Below are positions 32,746 through 42,574 of a stretch of DNA of 64,000 nucleotides, piece by piece (position 1 is the stretch's first letter; each line of letters opens with the position of its first letter). Made by a program: the position numbers and the translations under genes. The notes beneath the pieces were generated by a model. That model saw only the letters and a program-made list of their open reading frames with translations, did not search any database and had not been told where the DNA came from. Origin of the DNA: Arcobacteraceae bacterium (GTDB lineage Bacteria > Campylobacterota > Campylobacteria > Campylobacterales > Arcobacteraceae); contig OY759974.1 in the NCBI GenBank assembly GCA_963662945.1, positions 1,664,001-1,728,000 on the forward strand. The letters run 5' to 3'.

Positions 32746-32827
32746 GGGCGTAGTATACTAAGTCTTGATTGCATAACAGTTACAAAGTTATAATTGAATT
32801 GTAACTATAATTGTATACACTATCTAT

Positions 32828-34003
32828 ATGGAAAATAAAAATATTAAAATTTGCCTTTTTAGTGATACTTTTTGTGATGCAAATGGTGTATCAAGATTTT
32901 TACAAGATATGGCAAAAGAATCTTTAAATGCAAATGTAGAGTTAAATATTATTAGTTCAACTGTAAAAACTTATTGTGAAAAACTTCAGAATGTTTATAT
33001 ATTTAAACCATCTTTGAAAATTAAAATGCCGTTTTATAAAGAATTAGATTTAGTCCTCCCACCAATATTTAAAATAGCAAAAAAAGTAAAAGAGCTACAG
33101 CCAGATATAATACATATCTCAACTCCTGGTTTTGTGGGAATTGTAGGATTATTTATTGCATTAAAAAATAAGATTCCTGTTATGGGGACTTATCATACAG
33201 ATTTTCCTATGTATATTTATGCAAATACAAATTCAAAATTAGCAAAAAATATTACAAAATTTTATGTGAAATTATTTTATAAAAAATTTTCCTCTTTAAT
33301 TACTCGTTCAAATGAATATATGAAAGTTATTCATGAAGACATTTTATATAACAAAGAGAAGATATTTTTTTTACAACCAGGGACGAATATAAAAACATTT
33401 AGTCCTAAATATTATTGTAAAAATTTATGGGATGAATATAAAATACCTGAAAATGCTGTAAAGTTTTTATATGTAGGTCGTGTCACAAAAGAGAAAAATC
33501 TAGACCGATTTTTTGAAATTTGGAAATCATTTTATATGCAAAGTAAAAAGAAAGAAAGTTATCTTATTATTGTGGGAACAGGAGAATTAGAAAAATACAA
33601 AGAATTACTATTGCAATACAATATTATTTTTTTAGGACACAAAGCAAAAGAAGAATTATCAACTTTATATGCGAGTGCTACAATGTTAGTTTTTCCATCA
33701 ACTACAGATACTCTTGGACAAGTGGTATTAGAGTCTTTAGCCTCTTCAACTCCTGTTATTGTAACAAATAAAGGAGGACCTTGTGGAATAGTTTCTAATG
33801 CTGAAAATCAAGTAGGTTTTGTTTTAGATATAGAGCAAAAAGAAAGTTGGATAAAACTTTTAAAAAAGATAGAAAATAATAAAATAGACTTAAATTTATT
33901 GGGAAAAAACAGTTATCTATATTCAAAAAACTTTTCTATTTCTAACACATTTGAAAGTTTTATCAATATTCATTTAGAAACTCTAGCTATAAAAAAAGGG
34001 TAA
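32828..34003 (+). CDS. GT4 (GT-B fold) glycosyltransferase
   Basis: NGV, HISTPG..G, YHTDFP.Y, YVGRV..EKNL, FPS.TDT.G.V.LE..ASS. Confidence 0.9.
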   Translation: MENKNIKICLFSDTFCDANGVSRFLQDMAKESLNANVELNIISSTVKTYCEKLQNVYIFKPSLKIKMPFYKELDLVLPPIFKIAKKVKELQPDIIHISTPGFVGIVGLFIALKNKIPVMGTYHTDFPMYIYANTNSKLAKNITKFYVKLFYKKFSSLITRSNEYMKVIHEDILYNKEKIFFLQPGTNIKTFSPKYYCKNLWDEYKIPENAVKFLYVGRVTKEKNLDRFFEIWKSFYMQSKKKESYLIIVGTGELEKYKELLLQYNIIFLGHKAKEELSTLYASATMLVFPSTTDTLGQVVLESLASSTPVIVTNKGGPCGIVSNAENQVGFVLDIEQKESWIKLLKKIENNKIDLNLLGKNSYLYSKNFSISNTFESFINIHLETLAIKKG

Positions 34004-34024
34004 GCAATTTGCTTACCCTTTTTT
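33991..34024. terminator. Bidirectional rho-independent terminator
   Basis: A-run GGGTAAGC-aattt-GCTTACCC T-run between convergent genes. Confidence 0.85.
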
Positions 34025-34041
34025 ATTTTATAAAAGACTGA

Positions 34042-34437
34042 TTACCAGCTTCTTATAATTCCATGACATCTAGAACATGCATTCATCATATCAGCATATC
34101 CTTCAGCAGCTTTTGTATAAGCTTTATCATCAAGATTTAACTCAATAATTGTTGCATCAGCTGTGATTCTTTTTGAAGCATTTTCAGCTACATTTACCAT
34201 GTGTTTTTTATTGTCTGGTAAAGAAGCTTTAATTAAAGTTTCAGAAGAGAACATAGCGTTCCCTTTTTTGATTTGTTCTAAACCTTCTCTTACCATTTTT
34301 TCATTGTTATTGATAAATCCGAATTGAACTTGTTCAATACCTTGTTGCATAATATTCATAGATTTAGTCATTACATCATTTGCTGATGCAAAACTTACAC
34401 TAAGAATTCCAGCCATTAAAATTTTTGCTAATTTCAT
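34042..34437 (-). CDS. Periplasmic class II (c'-like) cytochrome c
   Basis: Signal peptide, helical body, single C-terminal CSRCH. Confidence 0.8.
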   Translation of the reverse strand: MKLAKILMAGILSVSFASANDVMTKSMNIMQQGIEQVQFGFINNNEKMVREGLEQIKKGNAMFSSETLIKASLPDNKKHMVNVAENASKRITADATIIELNLDDKAYTKAAEGYADMMNACSRCHGIIRSW

Positions 34438-34449
34438 AATTTTCCTTTC

Positions 34450-35322
34450 TTAGTGAACTTCTCGCCAAATTTTAGCTTTCCATAACCATGCAAAAATTGC
34501 AAAAATTACAAGATATCCTAAAAATGGTCCAGCAAGTGATTCTCTTTGTGGTTTTTTACTATCCCCAACTTCAGTCATATATGCTATAACTTGATCTTCA
34601 GCTTCTTTATTTAAACCAACTCTTGGCATAGCAGTACCTTCAAGGTGTTTTTGTGGGTTGTTAATAAATTCATGTAAATATCCCTCACCTCTACTTCTAA
34701 TATATTGAGAAAGATCTGGAGGAACTATACCCATATATGTTGAAATATTTTCTACAGGAGTTTTAGCTGCCATAGAACCACCATAGAAATCACCATATTT
34801 AATTGAGTGACATCTTTGACAAGCATCAACAAATACTTCTTTGTTTGACATTGTTTTTGGTGCAATTGATTTTAAATATGCTACGATATCTGCAATCTCA
34901 CTTGGTTGCATCCAACCATACGCTGGCATTGGATGAACTTTTCCATCTACAAATTTATGTTCAGTTTTAGTAGCTTTTACAGGATCTTTAATAAAAGCAG
35001 CTAAAAAGTTTTCATCATAAATATGACCAGCTGTACTTAAATCTGGTGGTACTACACCATAAGATGCTGCAGCACTTGCATCATCCATAATTGCAGGGAA
35101 ACCAGCTTTTTCAATAGCGTGACAAGCAGTACAATTTGCAGCAACTAGTTCAGCACCTTTTGTTGCATCACCAGTAGCACCGTTTAATCCATCAACATCG
35201 CTAAATGTATATTCAGGAGCTTCAACATGTGGATGTAAAACAGAGTGAGCGTAAGGCTCAACTCCCCAGTATATTGCACCAGTAAAAAATGCAACTACTG
35301 CTAATATTTTTAATTCTCTCAT
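34450..35322 (-). CDS. petC: Cytochrome bc1 complex, dihaem cytochrome c1
   Basis: CTACH and CQRCH, two PPDLS motifs, C-terminal TM ending W.EVH. Confidence 0.93.
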   Translation of the reverse strand: MRELKILAVVAFFTGAIYWGVEPYAHSVLHPHVEAPEYTFSDVDGLNGATGDATKGAELVAANCTACHAIEKAGFPAIMDDASAAASYGVVPPDLSTAGHIYDENFLAAFIKDPVKATKTEHKFVDGKVHPMPAYGWMQPSEIADIVAYLKSIAPKTMSNKEVFVDACQRCHSIKYGDFYGGSMAAKTPVENISTYMGIVPPDLSQYIRSRGEGYLHEFINNPQKHLEGTAMPRVGLNKEAEDQVIAYMTEVGDSKKPQRESLAGPFLGYLVIFAIFAWLWKAKIWREVH

Positions 35323-36572
35323 TATAGTGCTCCTCTTGCTTTAGCATCAGCTTTTGTAATAAATGGTAATGAAATCCATAGCAGTAAGAATGTTGCTGTA
35401 GCATAGAATCCTACCCAAGCATTTGCACCGGTTGGAGGTAATTTACCATAAACTGAAAGTACAAGTAAATCTACAATCATTATCCAAAACCAGATCATAA
35501 ATCTAGGTCTTTTGTGTGCAGGTAATATATCTGGATCTTTATCTAAGAATGGGAAAACTACAAAAATAATTTGTGCTAAACCAAATATGATAAGACCAAT
35601 ATCTCCAGCTTTCATACCAAACATATCAAAGAAAGGTCCTCTTAATGTTTCATATGACCATAAGAAATACCACTCAGGATAAATATGAGCAGGCGTTTTC
35701 ATAGGGTTTGCAGGATCAAAGTTAACTGGGTCCATTGCAAAGTTATAGTTAAAGAATACAAGATAGAAATAGAATAATAAGAATATTCCTAATATTGCGA
35801 AATCTTTAGATAAGAAAACAGGCCAAAATGGGATAACTTTTGATTCTTTTTTGTTTCCAGCTAAATATTTTTCAGCTTCAGCATCATAATCAATATCATC
35901 TGATTCTTGGTTGTTAACATGAGGAATTCTTAATGTGTAAAAGTGAACAACAATAAGTTTGATAATCACTAATGGTAATAAGAAAACGTGTAACATAAAG
36001 AATCTAGTAAGTGTTGCATCATTAACAGCAAATCCACCTCTAATCCATTCAACTAATCCCCAAGCTTCTAAAGATCCACCAGCAAATAAGTTAGTGATAA
36101 CCGCAGCTGCCCAGTAAGACATTTGTCCCCATGGTAACATATATCCAGAGAAACCAGCAGCACTGAATGTTACAAATAATAACATACCAGAAATCCAGAT
36201 CATCTCTCTACCTTTTTTATATGAACCATAGTAGATACCTGTAAACATATGAATATAGATGATTAAGAATACAACCGAAGCTGCAACACCATGCATATGT
36301 CTAAATAACCAACCATAAGCAACCTCTTGCATAATTGTGTAGTTTACACTATCAAATGCTAAAGCAGTATCTGGTTTGTAGTACATCATTAAGAAAATAC
36401 CACTTACAATAAGAATTGCAAATGTAGTTGCAAGTACAACACCCATAGCCCATAAGAAGTTAATATCTTTTGGAATCCAATATTCTGTCATCATAACTTT
36501 CCAGAATTTTTTAGCGTTCATTCGCTTATCAAATCCTTCAGCTGTAAATAACGATTCATTAATTTTTGCCAT
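35322..36572 (-). CDS. petB: Cytochrome b
   Basis: WGQMSYW, TRFFMLH, IYPEWY. Confidence 0.97.
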   Translation of the reverse strand: MAKINESLFTAEGFDKRMNAKKFWKVMMTEYWIPKDINFLWAMGVVLATTFAILIVSGIFLMMYYKPDTALAFDSVNYTIMQEVAYGWLFRHMHGVAASVVFLIIYIHMFTGIYYGSYKKGREMIWISGMLLFVTFSAAGFSGYMLPWGQMSYWAAAVITNLFAGGSLEAWGLVEWIRGGFAVNDATLTRFFMLHVFLLPLVIIKLIVVHFYTLRIPHVNNQESDDIDYDAEAEKYLAGNKKESKVIPFWPVFLSKDFAILGIFLLFYFYLVFFNYNFAMDPVNFDPANPMKTPAHIYPEWYFLWSYETLRGPFFDMFGMKAGDIGLIIFGLAQIIFVVFPFLDKDPDILPAHKRPRFMIWFWIMIVDLLVLSVYGKLPPTGANAWVGFYATATFLLLWISLPFITKADAKARGAL

Positions 36573-36582
36573 ATTTTACCCC

Positions 36583-37086
36583 TTACGCTCTAGCTGTCAT
36601 CATAGCTTTTGATTCTGGACCATCTTCTCCAAGAGTAAGAACAGAACCTTCAACTTTAAATGGAGGTATTACAAATGGCTTTGGTGGTGGTCCAAATGTT
36701 TGTTGACCATTTGCATTAAACTCTCCACCGTGACATGCACATTTCCACATATCTTTTTTCCAAGCTGGAATACAACCAAGGTGTGTACAAAGACCTACAA
36801 CTACTGTGTATCTTTTATCACCAATAACTAAATCACCGTCAAATTTTTCCATATCTGCTGTTTTAAGTAAAACAAAGATAGGTTTACCTCTCCAAGTGTG
36901 TACTTGTGGTTTTCCTGGCTCAAGTCCAATATTAGCAAGATCTATTGTAGTAAAACCTGCTGCTAATACTGAAGGAAGTGGATCCCATGCTTGTTTCATA
37001 CCAACAAGCGATGCAACCCCACCAACTGCAGCAACAGCTGCAAATGAATACCCAAGAAAATCTCGTCTAGATGTTTCTTTAGACAT
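36583..37086 (-). CDS. petA: Rieske iron-sulfur subunit
   Basis: SRRDFL Tat motif, CTHLGCIP, CACHGG. Confidence 0.97.
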   Translation of the reverse strand: MSKETSRRDFLGYSFAAVAAVGGVASLVGMKQAWDPLPSVLAAGFTTIDLANIGLEPGKPQVHTWRGKPIFVLLKTADMEKFDGDLVIGDKRYTVVVGLCTHLGCIPAWKKDMWKCACHGGEFNANGQQTFGPPPKPFVIPPFKVEGSVLTLGEDGPESKAMMTARA

Positions 37087-37120
37087 ATTTTTTTCCTTTT
37101 GTTAGATTTAAAATCTTGTA

Positions 37121-37162
37121 AGTATAATATCATTTAACTTAAATAGATTTGACTTGTATCAA
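37121..37162 (-). promoter_or_regulatory. petABC promoter with a Crp/Fnr-family box
   Basis: TTGAC-N4-ATCAA at 37149-37162; minus-strand TATACT -10 at 37126-37121; box centre falls at about -41.5. Confidence 0.6.
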
Positions 37163-37310
37163 AAATTAAGTTAAATTAAAGCATATATTACGAAAAGTAA
37201 TAAACTTATACTTATAATAATTATTATATTTAGTTTCTAAAATTACTTTGATTTGCTATAAAGTAAATTTTTGATAAAATCACAAAAATTAAAAAAAGTT
37301 AAGGATTAAA

Positions 37311-37805
37311 ATGGATTTTGTATCGATTATTATGGGAAGTAAGTCAGATTACGAGATTATGCAAAACTGTTCTAAAACATTAGAGCAATTTAATGTTAAA
37401 TACGAGTTGATAATATCTTCTGCGCACAGAAGTCCTCAAAGAACTAAAGACTATATTAAAACAGCAGAAGAAAAAGGTGCAAAAGTATTTATTGCAGCTG
37501 CTGGTATGGCTGCACATCTTGCTGGTGCACTTGCTGCTGGAACTACTAAACCAGTTATTGGAGTACCTATGAAAGGTGGTGCAATGGATGGTATGGACGC
37601 AATGCTTTCAACTGTTCAAATGCCATCAGGTATGCCAGTTGCTACAGTTGCATTAGGGAAAGCAGGAGCTGTAAACGCAGCATATTTAGCTATGCAAATT
37701 TTAGCTATTACAGATAAAGAACTTGCAATAAAACTTTTAGAAGATAGAATTGTAAAAGAAAAAGCTGTAGTAAATGATTCTAAAGAGATTGAGGTTTTAT
37801 TATAA
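37311..37805 (+). CDS. purE: N5-CAIR mutase
   Basis: IMGS.SD, SAHR.P, AGMAAHL.G, STVQMP.G.PVATV. Confidence 0.97.
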   Translation: MDFVSIIMGSKSDYEIMQNCSKTLEQFNVKYELIISSAHRSPQRTKDYIKTAEEKGAKVFIAAAGMAAHLAGALAAGTTKPVIGVPMKGGAMDGMDAMLSTVQMPSGMPVATVALGKAGAVNAAYLAMQILAITDKELAIKLLEDRIVKEKAVVNDSKEIEVLL

Positions 37806-38035
37806 AACCAGTTGCCGTATTTACTGCACCTGGATGTACTTGGTGCAGTGAAGCAAAAAATTATCTTAAATCAAAAAAGATAAAATTTAATGTAGTGGAT
37901 GTTTCAAAAAACAAAATGGCATTAAAAGATTGTCAAAAACAAGGGTGTAAAGGTGTACCAGTAATTTTGGTTGGTAACACTTGGATTTGCGGTTTTGACA
38001 AACAAAAAATAAACAAAGCATTGGGAATAAAATAG
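37802..38035 (+). CDS. Glutaredoxin / NrdH-like redoxin with a non-canonical ATA start (or a recent pseudogene)
   Basis: Manual translation (I)KPVAVFTAPGCTWCSEAKNYL...GVPVILVGNTWICGFD...LGIK*; exactly fills the purE-glyQ gap; in-frame TGA at 37790. Confidence 0.8.
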   Translation: MKPVAVFTAPGCTWCSEAKNYLKSKKIKFNVVDVSKNKMALKDCQKQGCKGVPVILVGNTWICGFDKQKINKALGIK

Positions 38036-38917
38036 ATGATAACATTTTCACAACTACTTTTAAAACTACAAGAGTTTTGGGCAAAGCAAGGATGTAATAT
38101 CGTACAACCTTATGATATACCAGCTGGGGCTGGAACATTTCATCCAGCAACACTATTAAGAAGTCTTGACAGCAAACCTTGGAGTGTAGCGTATGTTGCA
38201 CCTTCAAGAAGACCAACAGATGGAAGATATGGTGAAAATCCAAATAGACTTGGAAGTTATTACCAATTTCAAGCACTTATTAAACCAAGTCCTGCAAATA
38301 TTCAAGATTTGTATTTACAATCTTTAGAGTATCTTGGACTTGATTTATCAAAACATGATATAAGATTTGTAGAAGATAACTGGGAGTCTCCAACACTTGG
38401 TGCTTGGGGACTTGGTTGGGAAGTTTGGCTTGATGGTATGGAAGTTACGCAGTTTACATATTTTCAACAAGTTGGTGGAATCTCATGTGATCCAGTTGCT
38501 GTTGAGATAACTTATGGAACAGAGAGACTTGCTATGTATTTACAAGGTGTAGATACTGTTTTTGATATTGTTTGGAATGAAAATGAATTTGGAAAAACAA
38601 CATACAAAGATATTCATCTTGAAGGTGAAATAGAATTTAGTAAATATAACTTTGAAATAGCTAATACTGAGATGCTTTTTAAACATTTTGATGATGCTTT
38701 TGAAGAGTGTAAAAAATGTTTAGATGCAGGATTGCCACTTCCTGCGTATGATCAATGTATGATGGCCAGTCATGCTTTTAATACACTTGATGCTAGAAAA
38801 GCTATCAGTGTAACAAGTCGACAAAACTATATCTTAAAGGTGCGTGAGTTGGCACTGGGATGTGCAACGATGTATAAAGAGCAAGAACCAGAAAGACTAA
38901 AAAGATTAGGATACTAA
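38036..38917 (+). CDS. glyQ: Glycine-tRNA ligase alpha subunit
   Basis: [44 protein letters not shown]. Confidence 0.98.
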   Translation: MITFSQLLLKLQEFWAKQGCNIVQPYDIPAGAGTFHPATLLRSLDSKPWSVAYVAPSRRPTDGRYGENPNRLGSYYQFQALIKPSPANIQDLYLQSLEYLGLDLSKHDIRFVEDNWESPTLGAWGLGWEVWLDGMEVTQFTYFQQVGGISCDPVAVEITYGTERLAMYLQGVDTVFDIVWNENEFGKTTYKDIHLEGEIEFSKYNFEIANTEMLFKHFDDAFEECKKCLDAGLPLPAYDQCMMASHAFNTLDARKAISVTSRQNYILKVRELALGCATMYKEQEPERLKRLGY

Positions 38918-38921
38918 AAAA

Positions 38922-39656
38922 GTGCAAGTTAAAGATATTTATGATTATTTAAACGACTTAAGTCCTTTTGAACTTCAAGAAAAATGGGATAATAGTGGTT
39001 TAATAGTTGGAAATATGGAAGATGAGTTTGAAAATATCTATATCTCTTTGGATTTAGATTTAGAGATGATTGAAAAGATTGAACCAAAAAGTTTGATTAT
39101 TACACATCATCCACTTATTTTTAGTCCAATAAAAACTGTAAATGATGATAAATATGCAACAAAGCTTTTAAAAATTCTAATTAAAAAAGATATTGCACTT
39201 ATCTCTATGCATACAAATATAGATAAAACACATCTTAATGAGTTTGTAGGAAATGAGATTTTAGGTTTGAACTTTGAAAAAACTAATGATTTTGTATTGA
39301 CTACACACATTGATATGAGTTTTGAAGAGTTACAAAATCATATCAAACAAAAATTAGGGATGAACACTTTAAAAGTTACAACAAGTGATAAAAAGATAAA
39401 ATCATTATCTTTGACAACAGGTTCAGGTATGAGTTTATTACCTTTTATTACAACAGATTGTTTTTTAACAGGTGATATAAAATACCACGAAGCAATGGAG
39501 GCAAAAGCCTTAGGTATTAGTCTTATAGATATTGGACATTATGAAAGTGAGATACATTTTTGTACACTTTTAGAGGGTTTGATAAAAAACTATTTGAAAA
39601 AAAATAATAAAACAGCTATAATAGTAGCTTCACAAAATCCATTTGAATATAATTAG
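38922..39656 (+). CDS. Nif3-like dinuclear metal centre protein
   Basis: WDNSGL, THHPLIF, HTN.D, TGD.KYH, GHYESE. Confidence 0.92.
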   Translation: MQVKDIYDYLNDLSPFELQEKWDNSGLIVGNMEDEFENIYISLDLDLEMIEKIEPKSLIITHHPLIFSPIKTVNDDKYATKLLKILIKKDIALISMHTNIDKTHLNEFVGNEILGLNFEKTNDFVLTTHIDMSFEELQNHIKQKLGMNTLKVTTSDKKIKSLSLTTGSGMSLLPFITTDCFLTGDIKYHEAMEAKALGISLIDIGHYESEIHFCTLLEGLIKNYLKKNNKTAIIVASQNPFEYN

Positions 39657-39668
39657 TAAGGAAATAGA

Positions 39669-40382
39669 TTGAACAAACATTTAGAACAATTAGTTAAATT
39701 ATCGCAATTTGATAAAGATATTGTTAATTTTGACCCACAAATCAAAAAAGAACAAGAGAAATTAAAAGTATTTACAGAAGCTGTAGATAGACTGAATGCA
39801 GATGTAGAAAAACATTATGCAATTATTGATGAGACAAAAAACAAAAGAATTAAAAATGATATTCATTTAAAGGAATTATCTGATAAGTTAGCAGAGATTG
39901 AAGGTAAACACAAACTTGCTAAAAATGAAAAAGAGGTAAAAGCTCTACAACTTGAAGAAGAGATAGCAAAAGAACAAGTAAACTTCGCAAATGAAGAGAT
40001 AGTAAGACTTGATAATTTAATTACATCTAAAACTGAAGAATTAGAAGCTATTAAAACAGAACTAGCAAGTGAAGAGGAATCAGTTAAAGAGTTAAAAGAT
40101 TTAATCGATGCAAATATTGCAGCACTTGAAGAGTCAAGAAACAAAGTTTATGAAGAAAAATCTGTACTTGTAGGATCAGTTGATTCTAAAGTTTTAGCTT
40201 TCTATGAAAAAATTAGAAGATGGGCAAATGAAAGTGCTGTAGTTCCAGTTAAAAAACAAGCATGTTATGGTTGTAATATGAAAATAAATGATAGATTTTA
40301 TTCTGAATTTATTGTTTCTGATGAGATTATGACATGTCCACACTGTGGAAGAATTATCTACAAACCAAACGAAGAAAACTAG
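39669..40382 (+). CDS. Coiled-coil protein with C4 zinc ribbon (DUF164 / HP0958-like)
   Basis: Long coiled coil then CYGC...CPHCGRI. Confidence 0.88.
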   Translation: MNKHLEQLVKLSQFDKDIVNFDPQIKKEQEKLKVFTEAVDRLNADVEKHYAIIDETKNKRIKNDIHLKELSDKLAEIEGKHKLAKNEKEVKALQLEEEIAKEQVNFANEEIVRLDNLITSKTEELEAIKTELASEEESVKELKDLIDANIAALEESRNKVYEEKSVLVGSVDSKVLAFYEKIRRWANESAVVPVKKQACYGCNMKINDRFYSEFIVSDEIMTCPHCGRIIYKPNEEN

Positions 40383-40517
40383 TTTAAAATAGCTCTTTTT
40401 AAAATATACTTCGTTAAAGTTAAATTTTTATTCAGTCACATACTACAGTATGCTTCTTCTTAAAAATTTAACTTTGCCTTGCCTATTTCAAAAATATCAA
40501 ATTTATAAACTAGTTTT
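40375..40517. repeat. 143-bp nested palindromic element (MITE/REP-like)
   Basis: Outer IR AAAACTAGTTTA/TAAACTAGTTTT, inner IR AAAGTTAAATTTTTA/TAAAAATTTAACTTT, central CATACT-ac-AGTATG. Confidence 0.75.
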
Positions 40518-40558
40518 AGAGTTATTAAGTTGAAAAGATTTTGGAGAAGTAAAACATT

Positions 40559-41701
40559 ATGTTTAAATATTTTTATTACTTATTAGCTACATTACTATAT
40601 ATTTTAGCGATACCTTATCTTCTTATAAAATCAAGAAATCCAAAATATGCAAAAGCAATACCAGCAAAGTTTTTTTTACAGGATAACCCAAAATTTCAAA
40701 AAGATAAAATTTGGTTCCATAGTTGCTCTCATGGTGAGACAGTAGCTTTAAAGCCAATTTTTGAAAGATTATCAAAAGAAGAAATCAATCTTTCTGTTAT
40801 AACAAACACAGGATTTGAACAAGGGTTAAAGTTAGTAGAGAATGTAAGATATTTACCTTTTGAAATATTTTTACCATTTTGGATAACAAAACAAAAAGTA
40901 CTTGTGGTAATGGAAGCTGAGCTTTGGTATATGTTGTTTTTGGTAGCAAAAAGAAAAGGTGCAAAAACAATTTTACTCAATGCACGAATAAGTGATAAGT
41001 CTTACAAGTCGTATAAAAAGTTTTCTTATCTTTATAAACATATTTTTAAGTATGTAGATAAGATTTTTGCACAAAGCGAATTGGATAAAGAAAGACTTGA
41101 AGAGCTTGGTGGAAAAAATATTGAAGTTATAGGAAATATTAAATTAGCAAATCTTCCAAAAGTTACTAAAGAGTTAGAAAAACCAGATGAGATAGTTATT
41201 ACAGCTGGAAGTACACATAAAGGTGAAGAAGAGATTATCTTAAAATCTTGGAACAAAGCTATGGGAAAATTAGTCGTTGTACCAAGACATCCAGAAAGAT
41301 TTGATGAAGTATATGAGTTAATAAAAAACAGATGTAAAAATAGTGATATTTCATATCAAAGATATTCCCAAAAAGAGGATTTTGAAAGTGATATTATTTT
41401 AGTAGATGTTATGGGAGAGCTTAATAATATCTATGCTATAAGTGATGTAGTAATTTTAGGTGGTGGATTTATCAAAAGTGCAGGGGGACATAATCCTATT
41501 GAACCAGCATATTTTGGTTGTACATTGATAAGTGGAAAAATAATTTTTAATCAAAAATCACTTTTTGAGTGTGTGAATGATTATTATTTAATAGAAGAAG
41601 ATGAGTTACAAAATTATTTGATAAATTTAAAAAATTTAAAAAAATCAAGTTTACAAAAAATAGGTTCAATAGAACCAATAATCCAAGAGATAAAGGGATA
41701 A
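40559..41701 (+). CDS. waaA: Kdo transferase
   Basis: WFHSCS.GE, E.ELW, NARISD.S, GNIK, STH.GEE, PRHPERF, GGHN.IEPA. Confidence 0.95.
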   Translation: MFKYFYYLLATLLYILAIPYLLIKSRNPKYAKAIPAKFFLQDNPKFQKDKIWFHSCSHGETVALKPIFERLSKEEINLSVITNTGFEQGLKLVENVRYLPFEIFLPFWITKQKVLVVMEAELWYMLFLVAKRKGAKTILLNARISDKSYKSYKKFSYLYKHIFKYVDKIFAQSELDKERLEELGGKNIEVIGNIKLANLPKVTKELEKPDEIVITAGSTHKGEEEIILKSWNKAMGKLVVVPRHPERFDEVYELIKNRCKNSDISYQRYSQKEDFESDIILVDVMGELNNIYAISDVVILGGGFIKSAGGHNPIEPAYFGCTLISGKIIFNQKSLFECVNDYYLIEEDELQNYLINLKNLKKSSLQKIGSIEPIIQEIKG

Positions 41702-41705
41702 AAAG

Positions 41706-42443
41706 ATGGAAAAAGCATATAAATTATTAGCAATTCAAGAGGGAATTTCAAACGGAAAAGCGAAAGAACTTATAGATAAAGGTGTAGTTACAGTCAATGG
41801 AAAAAAACTTGTGGTAGCTCGTGGAGAACTGAGAGATGATACAGTTTTTAAAGTAAAAGAGATTGCAAATGCAAGAGTTATTTTTGAAGATGATGATATC
41901 CTTGTTGTTGATAAACCAGCATTCTTAAATGCTCAAGAGGTTGAAGCTAGATTTCCTCAAGCTGTATTGTTAAATAGACTTGATAAAGAAACAAGTGGTG
42001 TGATGATGTTAGCAAAAAATGAAGAATTTCAAAAAAGAGCTATTAAAGAGTTCAAAAATCATAGAGTTTATAAAGAATATGTAGCTATCGTTGAGGGAAA
42101 AATTGTAGAAGAGGTTGTTATAGATACACCAATCTCTACAATCAAGGGGAAAACTGCAAAAAGTAGAATCGATGAAAAACATGGTAAACCAGCTAAAACT
42201 ACAGTAACTCCATATATGGTAGAGGGAAATAAATCAAAAGTAAAAATCGTGATAGAAAATGGAAGAACTCATCAAATAAGAGTGCATCTTCAATCTGTAG
42301 GGATGCCTATCATTGGTGATTTACAATATGGAAAAGCTTCGAGTCAAGTTCAAAGAGTAATGTTGCATAGTAAAATTACTAAAATATTTGATTATGAATT
42401 TGAAGCAAAAGAACCAAAAGAGTTTTATCATTTTGGATTTTAA
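41706..42443 (+). CDS. RluA-family RNA pseudouridine synthase with S4 domain
   Basis: NRLDKETSG, KEY.A.V.G, GRTHQIRVH, PI.GD..YG. Confidence 0.92.
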   Translation: MEKAYKLLAIQEGISNGKAKELIDKGVVTVNGKKLVVARGELRDDTVFKVKEIANARVIFEDDDILVVDKPAFLNAQEVEARFPQAVLLNRLDKETSGVMMLAKNEEFQKRAIKEFKNHRVYKEYVAIVEGKIVEEVVIDTPISTIKGKTAKSRIDEKHGKPAKTTVTPYMVEGNKSKVKIVIENGRTHQIRVHLQSVGMPIIGDLQYGKASSQVQRVMLHSKITKIFDYEFEAKEPKEFYHFGF

Positions 42444-42462
42444 TCTCTAATATCTCTATCCT

Positions 42463-42495
42463 AACAAGCTTTTTCTAAGCTTGTTTCCTTTTTTT
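42463..42495 (+). terminator. Rho-independent terminator
   Basis: AACAAGCTT-loop-AAGCTTGTT followed by a T-rich tract. Confidence 0.65.
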
Positions 42496-42574
42496 AACCT
42501 TAAATCATGTGACAATTTTCTGTTACTTTTCTGTTACAATTGTATGATAAAATTAATTATATGTGAGGTTTTGT

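Noticed and set aside
37887-38276. 129-aa minus-strand ORF in the track
   Set aside because: Antisense to glyQ and the glutaredoxin; no motifs
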